Assembly (NCBI GenBank): GCA_035499895.1
Contig: DATJXW010000083.1
Location: forward strand, 10,793 to 74,792
Length of the DNA: 64,000 nt
From: Polyangiaceae bacterium
Lineage (GTDB): Bacteria > Myxococcota_A > Polyangia > Polyangiales > Polyangiaceae
Direction: 5' to 3'
The notes beneath the pieces were generated by a model. It had not been told where the DNA came from and made no database searches. It saw only the letters and a program-made list of their open reading frames with translations. This document shows positions 11,827 to 21,648 of the stretch, one piece after another. Numbering within the stretch: the first letter of the stretch is position 1; each line of letters starts with the position of its first letter. The position numbers and the translations under genes were made by a program.

Positions 11827-12756
11827 GTGTATCTGCGTTCGATCCACATCGAGAACTTTCGTTGCTTACGCGACGTCGACTTGGAGTTCGAGCCGCTCAC
11901 CGTGCTCGTCGGGCCGAACGGTGCCGGGAAGAGCAGCGTGCTCGACGTTCTCCAACCTCAGGTCTCGTTCGCGCCACGCGACGCCTGGCGTCAAGATCGC
12001 GCGGTCAGCTTCAAGCGCACCGGTATTCTGCACGATGCGACGCCGTTCCAGCACGAGTGCAGCGTTGGGGGGTCCACTCCAACCGCGACCTGGAATTTTC
12101 AGCGGTTGCAACTGTCGCCGCGTGCGTTGCGAAGCGAGCAGACGCTCCAGGAACAGCTTGTACTCGCCAGTGATGGCTCCAACCTCAACAACGTTCTCTC
12201 GACGCTGCCGAGGACGGTCCGGAACGAAATCGCCGCGCGGCTGGAAGAGCTCGTCCCTCTCTACAGCGACGTGGACCTCAAGCCGACGGATGGCGGCAGG
12301 CAGCGACTAGTATTTCGAGATCGGTGGGCCGAAGGGATCTGGCACGACGCGCAAGAGGTCTCGGACGGAACGATGGTAGCGGTTGCGTTTCTCGCGCTCA
12401 CGCACCTAGCGTATCCGCCCGATATCCTCGCCATTGAAGACCCCGAGCACTCGCTGCATCCGTTCCTACTCGGCGAGCTCATCGCGCTGCTCCGTCGTCT
12501 CACTGCAGGTGAACTCGGCCGCAAGGCCGTGCAGGTCATCCTGACGACGCATTCCGCGGAACTGCTCGATTTCGTCGACCCGCGAGAGGTCCGCTTCCTA
12601 TCGCGTGAGATGACGGACGGCTCAACGGTCGTCCGCCGCGCGCCTATTGAAAGTGAGCAGTGGAAAGCCGCGTACGAAACGTACGAGAGGTCGCTCGGTG
12701 AGATTTGGCTTTCGGGCGGGTTGGGCGGCGTGCCCAACGTGCCGACTCACCATTGA
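11827..12756 (+). CDS. ABC/AAA_21-type (OLD/RecF-like) ATPase
   Basis: N-terminus IHIENFRCLRDVDLEFEPLTVLVGPNGAGKSS (Walker A) and Walker B/D-loop DILAIEDPEHSLHP. GC is lower than the flanks. GTG start. Confidence 0.8.
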   Translation: MYLRSIHIENFRCLRDVDLEFEPLTVLVGPNGAGKSSVLDVLQPQVSFAPRDAWRQDRAVSFKRTGILHDATPFQHECSVGGSTPTATWNFQRLQLSPRALRSEQTLQEQLVLASDGSNLNNVLSTLPRTVRNEIAARLEELVPLYSDVDLKPTDGGRQRLVFRDRWAEGIWHDAQEVSDGTMVAVAFLALTHLAYPPDILAIEDPEHSLHPFLLGELIALLRRLTAGELGRKAVQVILTTHSAELLDFVDPREVRFLSREMTDGSTVVRRAPIESEQWKAAYETYERSLGEIWLSGGLGGVPNVPTHH

Positions 12757-12766
12757 GTTCTGTCCC

Positions 12767-13402
12767 GTGAGGGTGGTGGTTTACGCGGAGGGGCCGGGCG
12801 ATCTCGGCTCCAAATCGGCACTCGTGCCCGGCAGCTTGATTCCCGCGGGTTCGCTTGGTCCCGCTCATTGTCTCGTCTCACGGGCACTTGCAGGCATCGA
12901 CGTAGAGTTCATGACGGGCTTGCACGTGTTCGGCCGTCCGCCACGCGGTGGTGCGCTTCTACATCGGAGGACGGTACTTCGTATGCTCGCCTGGCCTGCC
13001 CCTGACCTGAGCCCGGACCTTGCGGTAGTTCTCGTCGACCGAGATGGAGATGCAGCTCGTCGAACGCTGCTGCAGCGCATCATCGAGGAGCGCGGCGCCA
13101 TGCATCCACCAACGATTGTCGGCGTCGCCCAGGAAGAGTTCGAGTCGTGGCTCATCGCGGATCCGAAGGCGGCGTCGCAGGTATCAGGTTCGATCGTCGA
13201 GGTTCCACGGGCACCCGACAACCTGATGCCAGGCGAAGCAAAGCGGACTCTCGCCGATTGGACCGCAAACGCTGGCGATAGCTTCATCGCGAGGCGACTG
13301 ATCGCGGAATCGATGGACCTCGAGGTTGCCGCCAACCGAAGCAACTCACTTCGAGCCTTTCTTGCCGACCTGCGTCGTTTCGTGATCGCTTCCGCTCGCT
13401 AA
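12767..13402 (+). CDS. DUF4276-like / Toprim-like partner of the ATPase
   Basis: The GTG lies 11 nt after the upstream stop. It has acidic motifs in Toprim order: VVVYAEG, VLVDRDGD, QEEFESWLIAD. Confidence 0.6.
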   Translation: MRVVVYAEGPGDLGSKSALVPGSLIPAGSLGPAHCLVSRALAGIDVEFMTGLHVFGRPPRGGALLHRRTVLRMLAWPAPDLSPDLAVVLVDRDGDAARRTLLQRIIEERGAMHPPTIVGVAQEEFESWLIADPKAASQVSGSIVEVPRAPDNLMPGEAKRTLADWTANAGDSFIARRLIAESMDLEVAANRSNSLRAFLADLRRFVIASAR

Positions 13403-14886
13403 CGACCGAGCCGCTCGGCGCGTTCGATCGCGACCCAGGGTGAGAGTCGCTCACCGAGCGCTCCGGCTTCCGCCGACGCGCCGGCGCGGCCGGTTTCGAG
13501 GTGCGCGAGCACGGCGGCGGCGGCGACGAGGCGGTCGTCGCCGGGATCGGGGAGCTCGGTCGTGAGCTCGGCCGCGCGGCGCTCGACGAACCCGGTGTCG
13601 TACGCGCCCGCGGCGACTTCGGGCGTCGCGAGGAGCCGCTCGAGAAACGCGAGGTTCGTCGCGATGCCGACGACGGCGGACTCGCCGAGCGCGCGCCGGA
13701 GCCGCGCGAGCGCGCGTTCGCGGGTCGGCGCCCACACGGAGAGCTTCGCGAGGAGCGGGTCGTAGTGCGGGCTCACCGTCGCGCCGGCGTAAACACCGCT
13801 GTCCACGCGCACGCCCGGCCCCGCCGCTTCGACGAGGTGCTCGATGCCGCCCGGACTCGGCACGAAGCCGCGCGCCGGATCTTCGGCGCAGAGGCGCGCC
13901 TCGATCGCGGCGCCGCGCGCGCTCGGTTCGAGCGTGAGCGGCTCGCCCGCGGCGACGCGGAGCATCTCGTGCACGAGGTCGGTGCCCGTCACGAGCTCCG
14001 TCACCGGATGCTCGACCTGCAGGCGCGTGTTCATCTCGAGGAAGTAGAAGCTGCCGCCGCGGTCGAGCAAAAACTCGAACGTGCCCGCCGAGTGGTAACC
14101 GATCGAGCTCGCGCCTTTCACGGCGACGGCGCAGAGGGCTTCGCGCGTCGTCGCGTCGAGCGCGGGACACGGCGTCTCCTCCACGATTTTCTGGTGCCGC
14201 CGCTGGAGCGAACAGTCGCGCTCGAAGAGGTGCACGAGCCGGCCGTCGCGATCGCCGAGTACTTGAACCTCGACGTGCCGCGGCTCGACGAGCGCCTTCT
14301 CGATGTAGACCTCGCCGCTGCCGAAGGCTTTTTCGGCTTCGCTCCGCGTGCGCTCGAGCGCGCCCGCGAGCTCCTCCTCGCGCGCGACGAGGCGCATGCC
14401 CTTGCCGCCGCCGCCGTCGGTTGCCTTGACCATCACCGGGTAACCGACGCGCGCCGCCGTCGCGCGCGCCTCCTCGAGCGTTCCGGCATTGCCGCCCGGG
14501 ACGATCGGCACGCCCGCCGCCGCCATCGCGGCGCGCGCTCGCTGCTTCGAGCCCATCGCGCGGATCGCGCTTGCCGGCGGCCCCACGAACGTGACGCCGC
14601 GCGCCTCGGCGAGCTCCGCGAACTCGGGGTTCTCGGACAAGAAGCCGTAACCCGGATGCAACGCCTCCGCTCCCGAGCGCCGCGCCGCCTCGACGAGCCG
14701 CTCGGCGTCGAGGTACGCGCGCGGATCGGCGCCGAGCGCGACCGCCTCGTCCGCGTGCCGCACGTGGAGCGACGCGCGATCGGCGTCCGTGTACACGGCG
14801 ACGCTTTCGACGCCGAGCTCGCGCAGCGTGCGCATCACGCGCACCGCGATCTCGCCCCGGTTCGCGACGAGCACCTTCTTGAACAT
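13399..14886 (-). CDS. accC: Biotin carboxylase (ATP-grasp), stand-alone
   Basis: MFKKVLVANRGEIAVRVMRTLRELG, with the ATP-grasp and biotin-carboxylase C domains colinear. There is no BCCP or carboxyltransferase nearby. The ATG at 14886 was chosen over the longer ORF. Confidence 0.85.
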   Translation of the reverse strand: MFKKVLVANRGEIAVRVMRTLRELGVESVAVYTDADRASLHVRHADEAVALGADPRAYLDAERLVEAARRSGAEALHPGYGFLSENPEFAELAEARGVTFVGPPASAIRAMGSKQRARAAMAAAGVPIVPGGNAGTLEEARATAARVGYPVMVKATDGGGGKGMRLVAREEELAGALERTRSEAEKAFGSGEVYIEKALVEPRHVEVQVLGDRDGRLVHLFERDCSLQRRHQKIVEETPCPALDATTREALCAVAVKGASSIGYHSAGTFEFLLDRGGSFYFLEMNTRLQVEHPVTELVTGTDLVHEMLRVAAGEPLTLEPSARGAAIEARLCAEDPARGFVPSPGGIEHLVEAAGPGVRVDSGVYAGATVSPHYDPLLAKLSVWAPTRERALARLRRALGESAVVGIATNLAFLERLLATPEVAAGAYDTGFVERRAAELTTELPDPGDDRLVAAAAVLAHLETGRAGASAEAGALGERLSPWVAIERAERLGR

Positions 14887-15099
14887 CGGGTTTCGAGCGT
14901 ACTGCCGTTTGGGATCGGGCTCGGAGCGTCGGCCCGGTTTCGTCGCGGCGAGGCCGAGCGGCGGAGCCGCACACCGCGCCCGCGCAGCGACCCGCGGCGA
15001 GTTCAAAACTGTACGAATTTCAGAAGCTTACGAGCCCGTTGCCGAATCGGACCGAACCATGACGCGGCGGGGTGGGGCATCGTGGTATTCACGCGCGCC

Positions 15100-16473
15100 G
15101 TGAGCGGGGCCGAAGTCGTTACCGTTGCCGAACTCGACCGCCGGCTCCGCCGCGCCGCTGAAGCGGCCACCGGGACATTTTGGGTCGAGGGCGAGGTCAC
15201 GTCGCTGAAACAGGCGGCGAGCGGTCACGCGTACTTTTGTCTGAAGGACGAGCGCGAGGACGCCGTCATCGATTGCGTCATGTACCGCTTCGACGCGCAG
15301 CGCGCGAAGAAGCACTTGGTCGAGGGCACGCGCCTGCAGCTCTGGGGACGCGCGACCGTGTGGGCGCCGCGCGGCCGCTTGCAGCTCGTCGGGAACTTCG
15401 CGCGGCCGGCGGGCAAGGGCGCGCTGCTCGAGGCGCTCGAGGCGCTCAAGCAGCGGCTCGCGAACGAAGGTTTGTTCGCGCCGGAGAAGAAGCGCCCGCT
15501 GCCGCGCGATCCGCGCGTCGTCGGCGTGGTGACGAGCGCGCACGGCGCCGCGTTCCACGACATCCGCACGGTCGCGTTTCGGCGCGGCCGCGTGCGGCTC
15601 GTGCTCGCTCCCGCGCAGGTGCAAGGCGACGGCGCGCCGGAGAGCATCGTCGGCGCCCTCGATTTGCTCGAGCGTTATCCCGGGCTCGACGTGGCGATCG
15701 TCGGTCGCGGCGGCGGATCCGGCGAGGATTTGCAGGCGTTCAACGACGAACGCGTGGTCCGGCGCGTGGCGCGCTTCGGCGTGCCCGTCGTGAGCGCCGT
15801 CGGCCACGAGATCGACGTGACGTTGACGGACCTCGCCGCGGACGTGCGAGCGGCCACCCCGTCGCAAGCGGCCGAGCTCGTCGTCCCGGACGGCCGCGCG
15901 CGTCACGAAGCGCTCGCCCGTCAAAAGCTCGCGCTCCTGCGCGCCCAGCGCTCGCGGCTCGAGCTCGCCCGCGCCCGGCTCTCGCACCTGCGCGCGGAGC
16001 TCGGCGATCCGCGCTTCGTCTTGATTCAACGGCAGCAGGACCTCGACGAGCTCCGCGAACGGCTCCGCCGTCGCTTCGAACGTCAGCTGCAGGTGCGCCG
16101 CGCCCGCACGGCGTCGCTCGAGCGCCGCCTCGCGAGCCGGCATCCGCAAAACGTGATCGGCCGCGCCCGCACCGAGCTCGGGCCGCTCGCCGTGCGACTC
16201 GAGGCCGCCGCGGCGCGCAAACTCGAGCGCCTGCGCGCCGAGCTCGCGGAGCGAGCGGGTCGGCTGGACGCGCTGTCGCCGCTCACGGTGCTCGCGCGCG
16301 GTTACGCGATCGCGACCAGGGCGGACGGTCGCGCCGTGCGGAGCGCGCTCGAAGTGACGCCCGGCGAGGACGTTGCCGTTCGGCTCGGCCGCGGCGAGTT
16401 CGCGGCACGCGTCACCGCGGTGCGCGACTCGGCCGCACCGAGCGCGAACCCCCAAAAACCGGCGGAATCGTGA
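15100..16473 (+). CDS. xseA: Exodeoxyribonuclease VII large subunit
   Basis: It has an OB-fold N-terminus (FWVEGEVTSLKQAASGHAYFCLKD), the catalytic region (VVTSAHGAAFHDI, GRGGGSGEDL) and a coiled-coil C-terminus. The start is GTG at 15100 or 15082. Confidence 0.85.
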   Translation: MSGAEVVTVAELDRRLRRAAEAATGTFWVEGEVTSLKQAASGHAYFCLKDEREDAVIDCVMYRFDAQRAKKHLVEGTRLQLWGRATVWAPRGRLQLVGNFARPAGKGALLEALEALKQRLANEGLFAPEKKRPLPRDPRVVGVVTSAHGAAFHDIRTVAFRRGRVRLVLAPAQVQGDGAPESIVGALDLLERYPGLDVAIVGRGGGSGEDLQAFNDERVVRRVARFGVPVVSAVGHEIDVTLTDLAADVRAATPSQAAELVVPDGRARHEALARQKLALLRAQRSRLELARARLSHLRAELGDPRFVLIQRQQDLDELRERLRRRFERQLQVRRARTASLERRLASRHPQNVIGRARTELGPLAVRLEAAAARKLERLRAELAERAGRLDALSPLTVLARGYAIATRADGRAVRSALEVTPGEDVAVRLGRGEFAARVTAVRDSAAPSANPQKPAES

Positions 16474-17348
16474 GTCTCCGCTTCGCTCTCTTCGGGCATC
16501 CGGTCGCCCACTCGCTCTCGCCGGTGATCCACCAGGCGGCCTACGCCGCGCTCGGCATGCCGCATCGCTACGAGCTCGTCGATCTCGCCCACGTCGACGC
16601 GCTGCGGGCCGCGTTCGCGGAGCTCCGTGCCGGCTCGCTCGCCGGCGTGAACGTGACGATTCCGTGGAAGCGCGAGGCCTTCGCGCTCGCGGATCGCGCG
16701 GACGCGAGCGCCGCGGCGGTCGGTGCGGCGAACGTGCTCGTGCGCGCGGCGAACGGGGAGCTCGTCGCTTACAACACGGACGTGCCGGCGCTGGCGGACG
16801 ACATCGGCGAGCTCGCCTCGGCGCCGGCGTCGGGGCTCGTGCTCGGGAGCGGCGGCGCGACGCTCGCCGCGGTCGCTGCGCTCGTTCGGCTCGGCGCGCG
16901 TGAGGTCGGAGTGTCGGCGCGGCGCTTTGCGGTGGAGACGGACCGAGCCGCGTGGCCGCTCGCCGCGGAGCTCACGCGGCTCGGAGCGCGCTTGCTCGCG
17001 TGGCCGGGCGCGCACGCGAGCGAGCTCGCCGATTTTGCGGCGCGCGCGAGCGTCGTCGTGCAGGCGACGAGCGCGGGCATGCACGGCGCGGCCCCCGGCG
17101 CCGACGTGGCGCGTGTCGTCCCGTGGCGTCGCTTGCAGCCGGGGACGGTCGCCTACGATCTCGTCTATAACCCCGCCGAGACGGAGTTTTTGCGCGAAGC
17201 CCGCGCGCACGGCGCGGTGGCTCGGGGCGGGCTCGGGATGCTCGTCGGGCAGGCCGCGCTCGCGTTCGAGCTCTGGCTCGGGGTCGCGCCGCCGCGCGAG
17301 CCGATGCGGCGGGCGGCGGAGGCGGAGCTCGCGAGGAGGCGCGCGTGA
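16470..17348 (+). CDS. aroE: Shikimate dehydrogenase
   Basis: FALFGHPVAHSLSPVIHQAAY, GVNVTIPWK, YNTDV, and GSGGA Rossmann motif. The start overlaps the xseA stop in a GTGA. Confidence 0.85.
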   Translation: MSLRFALFGHPVAHSLSPVIHQAAYAALGMPHRYELVDLAHVDALRAAFAELRAGSLAGVNVTIPWKREAFALADRADASAAAVGAANVLVRAANGELVAYNTDVPALADDIGELASAPASGLVLGSGGATLAAVAALVRLGAREVGVSARRFAVETDRAAWPLAAELTRLGARLLAWPGAHASELADFAARASVVVQATSAGMHGAAPGADVARVVPWRRLQPGTVAYDLVYNPAETEFLREARAHGAVARGGLGMLVGQAALAFELWLGVAPPREPMRRAAEAELARRRA

Positions 17349-19351
17349 AGGGGCGCGACAAGAGCGACTGGCGCCCGTCGCGGAGCGGCCCCTGGCCGAT
17401 CGTGCAGCTCGGCGGCGAGCTCGCGCGCGGCGAGCGCGAGTGGCTGCACACGAACGGCGCGGGTGCTTACGCGATGAGCACGGTGCCGCTCATGCACACG
17501 CGGCGGCACCACGGCGCGTTCGTGGCGATGCTCGAACCGCCGCTCGGGCGTCACGTCATCGTGAGTCACGGCGATACGACGGTGCACGTCGAAGACGACC
17601 GCCGCACCTACCGGCTCTCGACGCACCAGTTCCCGAACGTCGCGCCGACGCTCGGCTATCGCTTGCTCGAGTATTTCGCGCTCGACCCGATCCCGCGCTG
17701 GACGTACCGGCTCGGCGCGCACACGCTCGAGCGCACGCTCTGCCTCGCGCGCGGGCGGAACGCGTCCGTCTGGAGCTACACGTGGTACGGGCGAACGCCC
17801 GCGAAAATCAGCATCCGGCCGCTGATGCCGCTCCGGCCGATCGAAGCGCTGATGAACGAGCACGGCGGGATGATGCAGGTGGTCACGCTCCGGCCGGGCG
17901 CCGTGGAGCTCCGGCCGGTTCCGGCGCTGCCCGCCGTGCACTTCACGCACGAAGGCATGTTCATGGGGTCGCCCGACTGGTGGCGGCGCTTCGAGTACCT
18001 CGAGGATCGCGCCGACGGACTCGCGTTCCAGGAGGACATGTGGACGCCGGGGGTGTTCGAGCTCTTGCTCGAGCCGGGGAAGACGTGCCACGTGGCCGTG
18101 TCGATCGGCTCGCCGCTCCACGCGCGCCCGGGCGACATCGTGGACGAGGCGGCCGCGTTCTTGCGCGCGCAGGATCTCGGGCCGACGCGCTCGAACGCGG
18201 TTCGGGTGCTCGGCGTCGCGGCGGAGCAGTTCTGTCTCGACGCGGTCTCGCCGCCGAGCGTCGTGGCCGGCTACCCGAGCCATCAACTGTTCGTGCGCGA
18301 TTGGGTCATCGCGTTGCCCGGCCTCTTGCTCGCGCGCGAGCAATTCGAGCGGGCCGAGCGCTTGCTCGGAGCGCTCCTCGCGCACCAGCGCGGCGGATTG
18401 CTGCCGGGCATCGTGCCGACGCGGGGTGCGCGTCGCGCTCGGCCGCTCCCGGACGCGACGCTCTGGCTCTTCGAGGCCGCGCGACTGATGCTCGCCCGGC
18501 GCGGGCCACGCCATCCGTTTCTGGCGAAGGCGCTCTTTCCCGCGCTCGCGCGCGCGTTCCTGCGCTTCACGGGTCGACAGCGGCGGGTCGTGTGGCGTTC
18601 GGCGGACGGCCTGCTCGTCACGCGCGAGCCCGGCGGCGCCCTCACGTGGATGGACGCGCAGGTCGACGGCAAGCCCGTCACGGCGCGCGCCGGCATCGCC
18701 ATCGAGCATCAAGCGCTCTTCGCGCGCGGCGCCGATCTGCTCGCCACGCTCGCGAGCTTCTACGGGCACGACGCGCTCGCCGCGCGCGCGAGCGACGCGG
18801 CCCATCGCGCGCGCGCGGCGTTCCGCGGCCGCTTCTGGTGCGGCGACACGGACTATCCCTACGACTGCGTGAGCGAGGCGCGCGACCGCGCCGACGCTTG
18901 GGCCGACCAGAGCGTGCGCCCGAACGCGCTCATCGCGCTCGCCATCGATCCGACGCTGTTCGAGGATTGGCAAGCCGAGGCGATCCTGCAGCGGGTCCAA
19001 TCCGAGCTCCTCACGCCGCAGGGCATCCGTAGTCTTTCGCCGAACGACCGCCTGTACATGGGTCACTTCGGCGGGAACGCGGCGGAGCGCGAATTCGCGT
19101 ACCACCAAGGCACCGCCTGGACCCACCTCCTCGGCTATTACGCGCGCGCCGCGCACCAGCGCTGGGGCGAGGAACCTCAGGGTCGCGACGAGATCGTGCG
19201 GCTCCTCGAACAAGTGGTCGACGCCGGGCCGCTCTTCGGGCAGCTCGCGCAGCTTTCGGACGGCGACGCGCCGTTCCGTTCGCGCGCCTGTCCGGCGCAG
19301 GCGACGGCCGTCGCCGAGATCCTGCGCGCGCTCGTCGAGCTCGGCGGCTGA
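17345..19351 (+). CDS. Glycogen debranching enzyme family protein (GDE_N / amylo-alpha-1,6-glucosidase)
   Basis: EWLHTNGAGAYAMSTV..TRRHHG at the N-terminus and YHQGTAWTHLLGYY in the C-terminal (alpha/alpha)6 domain. The start overlaps the aroE stop in a GTGA. Confidence 0.8.
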   Translation: MKGRDKSDWRPSRSGPWPIVQLGGELARGEREWLHTNGAGAYAMSTVPLMHTRRHHGAFVAMLEPPLGRHVIVSHGDTTVHVEDDRRTYRLSTHQFPNVAPTLGYRLLEYFALDPIPRWTYRLGAHTLERTLCLARGRNASVWSYTWYGRTPAKISIRPLMPLRPIEALMNEHGGMMQVVTLRPGAVELRPVPALPAVHFTHEGMFMGSPDWWRRFEYLEDRADGLAFQEDMWTPGVFELLLEPGKTCHVAVSIGSPLHARPGDIVDEAAAFLRAQDLGPTRSNAVRVLGVAAEQFCLDAVSPPSVVAGYPSHQLFVRDWVIALPGLLLAREQFERAERLLGALLAHQRGGLLPGIVPTRGARRARPLPDATLWLFEAARLMLARRGPRHPFLAKALFPALARAFLRFTGRQRRVVWRSADGLLVTREPGGALTWMDAQVDGKPVTARAGIAIEHQALFARGADLLATLASFYGHDALAARASDAAHRARAAFRGRFWCGDTDYPYDCVSEARDRADAWADQSVRPNALIALAIDPTLFEDWQAEAILQRVQSELLTPQGIRSLSPNDRLYMGHFGGNAAEREFAYHQGTAWTHLLGYYARAAHQRWGEEPQGRDEIVRLLEQVVDAGPLFGQLAQLSDGDAPFRSRACPAQATAVAEILRALVELGG

Positions 19352-19454
19352 CGTCCGCGCGAATTGCCGAAGAAATACGCCCGTTTCGAGCCGGTGGCCC
19401 GAACTTCGGGGGGCGGCTTCATAAAAGCCGAGCTCGCCGCCCACTGACCCGGCG

Positions 19455-20564
19455 ATGACACTCCGCTCACGCTTCGTCGCTCTTCGGTCGACTCGGCGCC
19501 CGCGCACGCTCGCCGTCGCCGCACTCTTGGTGCTCGCCGGCGGCGCGTCGGCAACGGCGTGCGGGAGCAGCGCCCGCACCGACTTGAACAAGGCGCCGGC
19601 AGGGGCCGCCGCCGACGCGGGACAAGGCGGCGACGCGTCGCTCGGGACCGGCGGCGGGACGCACGAAACCGGCGGGAGCATCGCGGTCGGCGCTCAGGGC
19701 GGTAGCGGCACGAAAGGCGGCGGCAAAGGCGGCTCGAGCGGCGGCGACGCCGTCGCGGGCGCGAGCGACGGCGTGACGGGCGGCAGCAGCGGCACCGCGG
19801 GCACCGCCGGCAGCGTGGGCCTTCCGGCGCTCGGCACGACTCAGTGCAGCGACGGCATCGACAACGACGGCGACGGCCTCATCGACGGCCTCGATCCCGA
19901 ATGCACCGGACCTTGGGACAACGACGAGAGCTCGTTCGCGACCGGCATCCCCGGCGACAACAAGGATCCGAAGTGGCAGGACTGCTTCTTCGACGGCAAT
20001 TCCGGCGCCGGCGACGATCGCTGTCGGTATCCGACGACGTGCCTCACGGGCGAGCTCTCGCAGGACGACCCGCAATGCGCCGTCACCCAAGCGTGCATCG
20101 ACAACTGCGCTCCCGCCGTTCCGAACGGCTGCGATTGCTTCGGCTGCTGCTCGGTCGAGCTCGCCGACGGTTCGAGCGTCGACATCTTCGAAGCGTCCAC
20201 GTGCTCGCTCGCCAACATCGACGACACGACGGCGTGCCCGCGCTGCTCGAAGAGCACGCTGTGTCAAAACCCGTGCGGCGAGTGCGAGCTTTGCCCCGGC
20301 AAGACCGTCGACGACTTGCCCGCGAGCTGCACGCCGCCCGCGACGGGCACCGGCGGCTCGGACGGAAGCGGCGGTTCGAGCGGCACCGCGGGCACGGACA
20401 GCACCGGCGGCACGAGCGGAACGACGGGGACCGGCGGCACCGGCAGTCCGCCGCCGCCCGCGTACACCTGCGACGGCGGCCAGCAGGTTTGCGGCCCCGG
20501 GCTCGCGGCATGCCCCGAGGGTCTCTACTGTTCGCTCGGTTGCTGTACGGTGGTCGTGCGCTGA
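19455..20564 (+). CDS. Cys-rich lipoprotein with MopE-like D-x-D-x-D-G metal-binding motif
   Basis: Signal/lipobox (GGASATAC), Gly-rich linker, CSDGIDNDGDGLIDGLDPEC, and many conserved Cys. It is a paralogue of 22904..23857. Confidence 0.7.
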   Translation: MTLRSRFVALRSTRRPRTLAVAALLVLAGGASATACGSSARTDLNKAPAGAAADAGQGGDASLGTGGGTHETGGSIAVGAQGGSGTKGGGKGGSSGGDAVAGASDGVTGGSSGTAGTAGSVGLPALGTTQCSDGIDNDGDGLIDGLDPECTGPWDNDESSFATGIPGDNKDPKWQDCFFDGNSGAGDDRCRYPTTCLTGELSQDDPQCAVTQACIDNCAPAVPNGCDCFGCCSVELADGSSVDIFEASTCSLANIDDTTACPRCSKSTLCQNPCGECELCPGKTVDDLPASCTPPATGTGGSDGSGGSSGTAGTDSTGGTSGTTGTGGTGSPPPPAYTCDGGQQVCGPGLAACPEGLYCSLGCCTVVVR

Positions 20565-20579
20565 TAAGCTCGGCGCGCC

Positions 20580-21635
20580 ATGCGGCGCGGGCGGCTCGGC
20601 TTCGCACTCGGTATCGTGTTTTGGGCGCGTTCCGGGCTCGCGCTCGACGACGGCCCGCGCGCGGCGCTCGTGCTCGCGCGCGGCGCCGGTACGGAAGCGT
20701 GCCTGCGTGAGCGCGCCATCGAGCGCGCGGTCGAGCGCCGCCTGCGCCGGCACGTGTTCGTCGAGCCGGGGGCGGCCGATTTGCGCATCGACCTAGCGCT
20801 CGCGCGTGAGCCGGACGGCGCCTGGTCGGCGAGGCTCGCGCTGCGCGGGCCGCACGGCGCCGAGCTCGGCGCGCGCGAGCTCGAGACGCAGGCGCCGCAC
20901 TGTTCCGCGCTCGATGAGTCGCTCGTGCTCGTCGTCGCCTTGCTCGTCGACTCACCGGAGGCGCGCGGCGCCGTCGAAGCGTCGAAGCACGAGCCCTTGC
21001 CGTCCGCGCCCGCTCCGCCTACCCAGACGAGCACGCCGTCCGCGCCGCCGCGAAGCCGAACGCAGCCGGGGCCCATCGAGCTCCCGCCTGACACGTTCGC
21101 GCCGCGCGAGCCGTACCGCTTCGAGCTCGGAGCGGGAGCGGCCTTCTTGCCGGGCGCGATTCCGGGAGTGCCGTTCGGGCCCGAGCTTTCGTTCGGGGTG
21201 CGCCCGCCGCACTTCGCGGCGATCCGGCTCCGTCCCGCGTTCTTCTCGTCGAGCGAAGCGCACGCGCCGACGGCCGATCGCGGCGGTCGCTTTTCGCTCG
21301 TCGCGGTCGCGCTCGACGTGTGCCCCGCCGAGCAGTCGGTCGGACGTTGGCGCTTGTTCGCTTGCGCGGGCCAGCGTGTCGGCCGCTTGGCCGCCCGGGG
21401 GTTCGGTTTTCAGCAAACCGAGCACGCGGTCGAGCTCTATTACGCTCTCGGCGCGACGGCGGGGGGTACCTTTTGGTTCACGCAGCCCCTCGGCCTCGCC
21501 CTGAACCTGGGTGCGGAGGCGCCGCTCAGTCGCGACGCCTACTTCTCCTTCGGCCCCGCCGGCGAACGACGCACCATTTTCCGCACAAGCCCCGTGGTAG
21601 GCGCCGCCACGGCGGGCCTCGTCCTCGCCTTTTGA
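20580..21635 (+). CDS. Hypothetical secreted protein (possible beta-barrel C-terminus)
   Basis: It has a signal peptide, coding-like composition and an alternating hydrophobic C-terminal half. No family was recognised. Confidence 0.5.
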   Translation: MRRGRLGFALGIVFWARSGLALDDGPRAALVLARGAGTEACLRERAIERAVERRLRRHVFVEPGAADLRIDLALAREPDGAWSARLALRGPHGAELGARELETQAPHCSALDESLVLVVALLVDSPEARGAVEASKHEPLPSAPAPPTQTSTPSAPPRSRTQPGPIELPPDTFAPREPYRFELGAGAAFLPGAIPGVPFGPELSFGVRPPHFAAIRLRPAFFSSSEAHAPTADRGGRFSLVAVALDVCPAEQSVGRWRLFACAGQRVGRLAARGFGFQQTEHAVELYYALGATAGGTFWFTQPLGLALNLGAEAPLSRDAYFSFGPAGERRTIFRTSPVVGAATAGLVLAF

Positions 21636-21648
21636 TAATCGCAACGCC

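Noticed and set aside
13501-15099. The N-terminal 530 aa of the 990-aa ORF 13501..16473, and likewise the first 430 aa of 15180..17348
   Set aside because: Only the C-terminal parts are protein-like (xseA from about 15100, aroE from 16470). The upstream parts are antisense to biotin carboxylase or out of frame with xseA.
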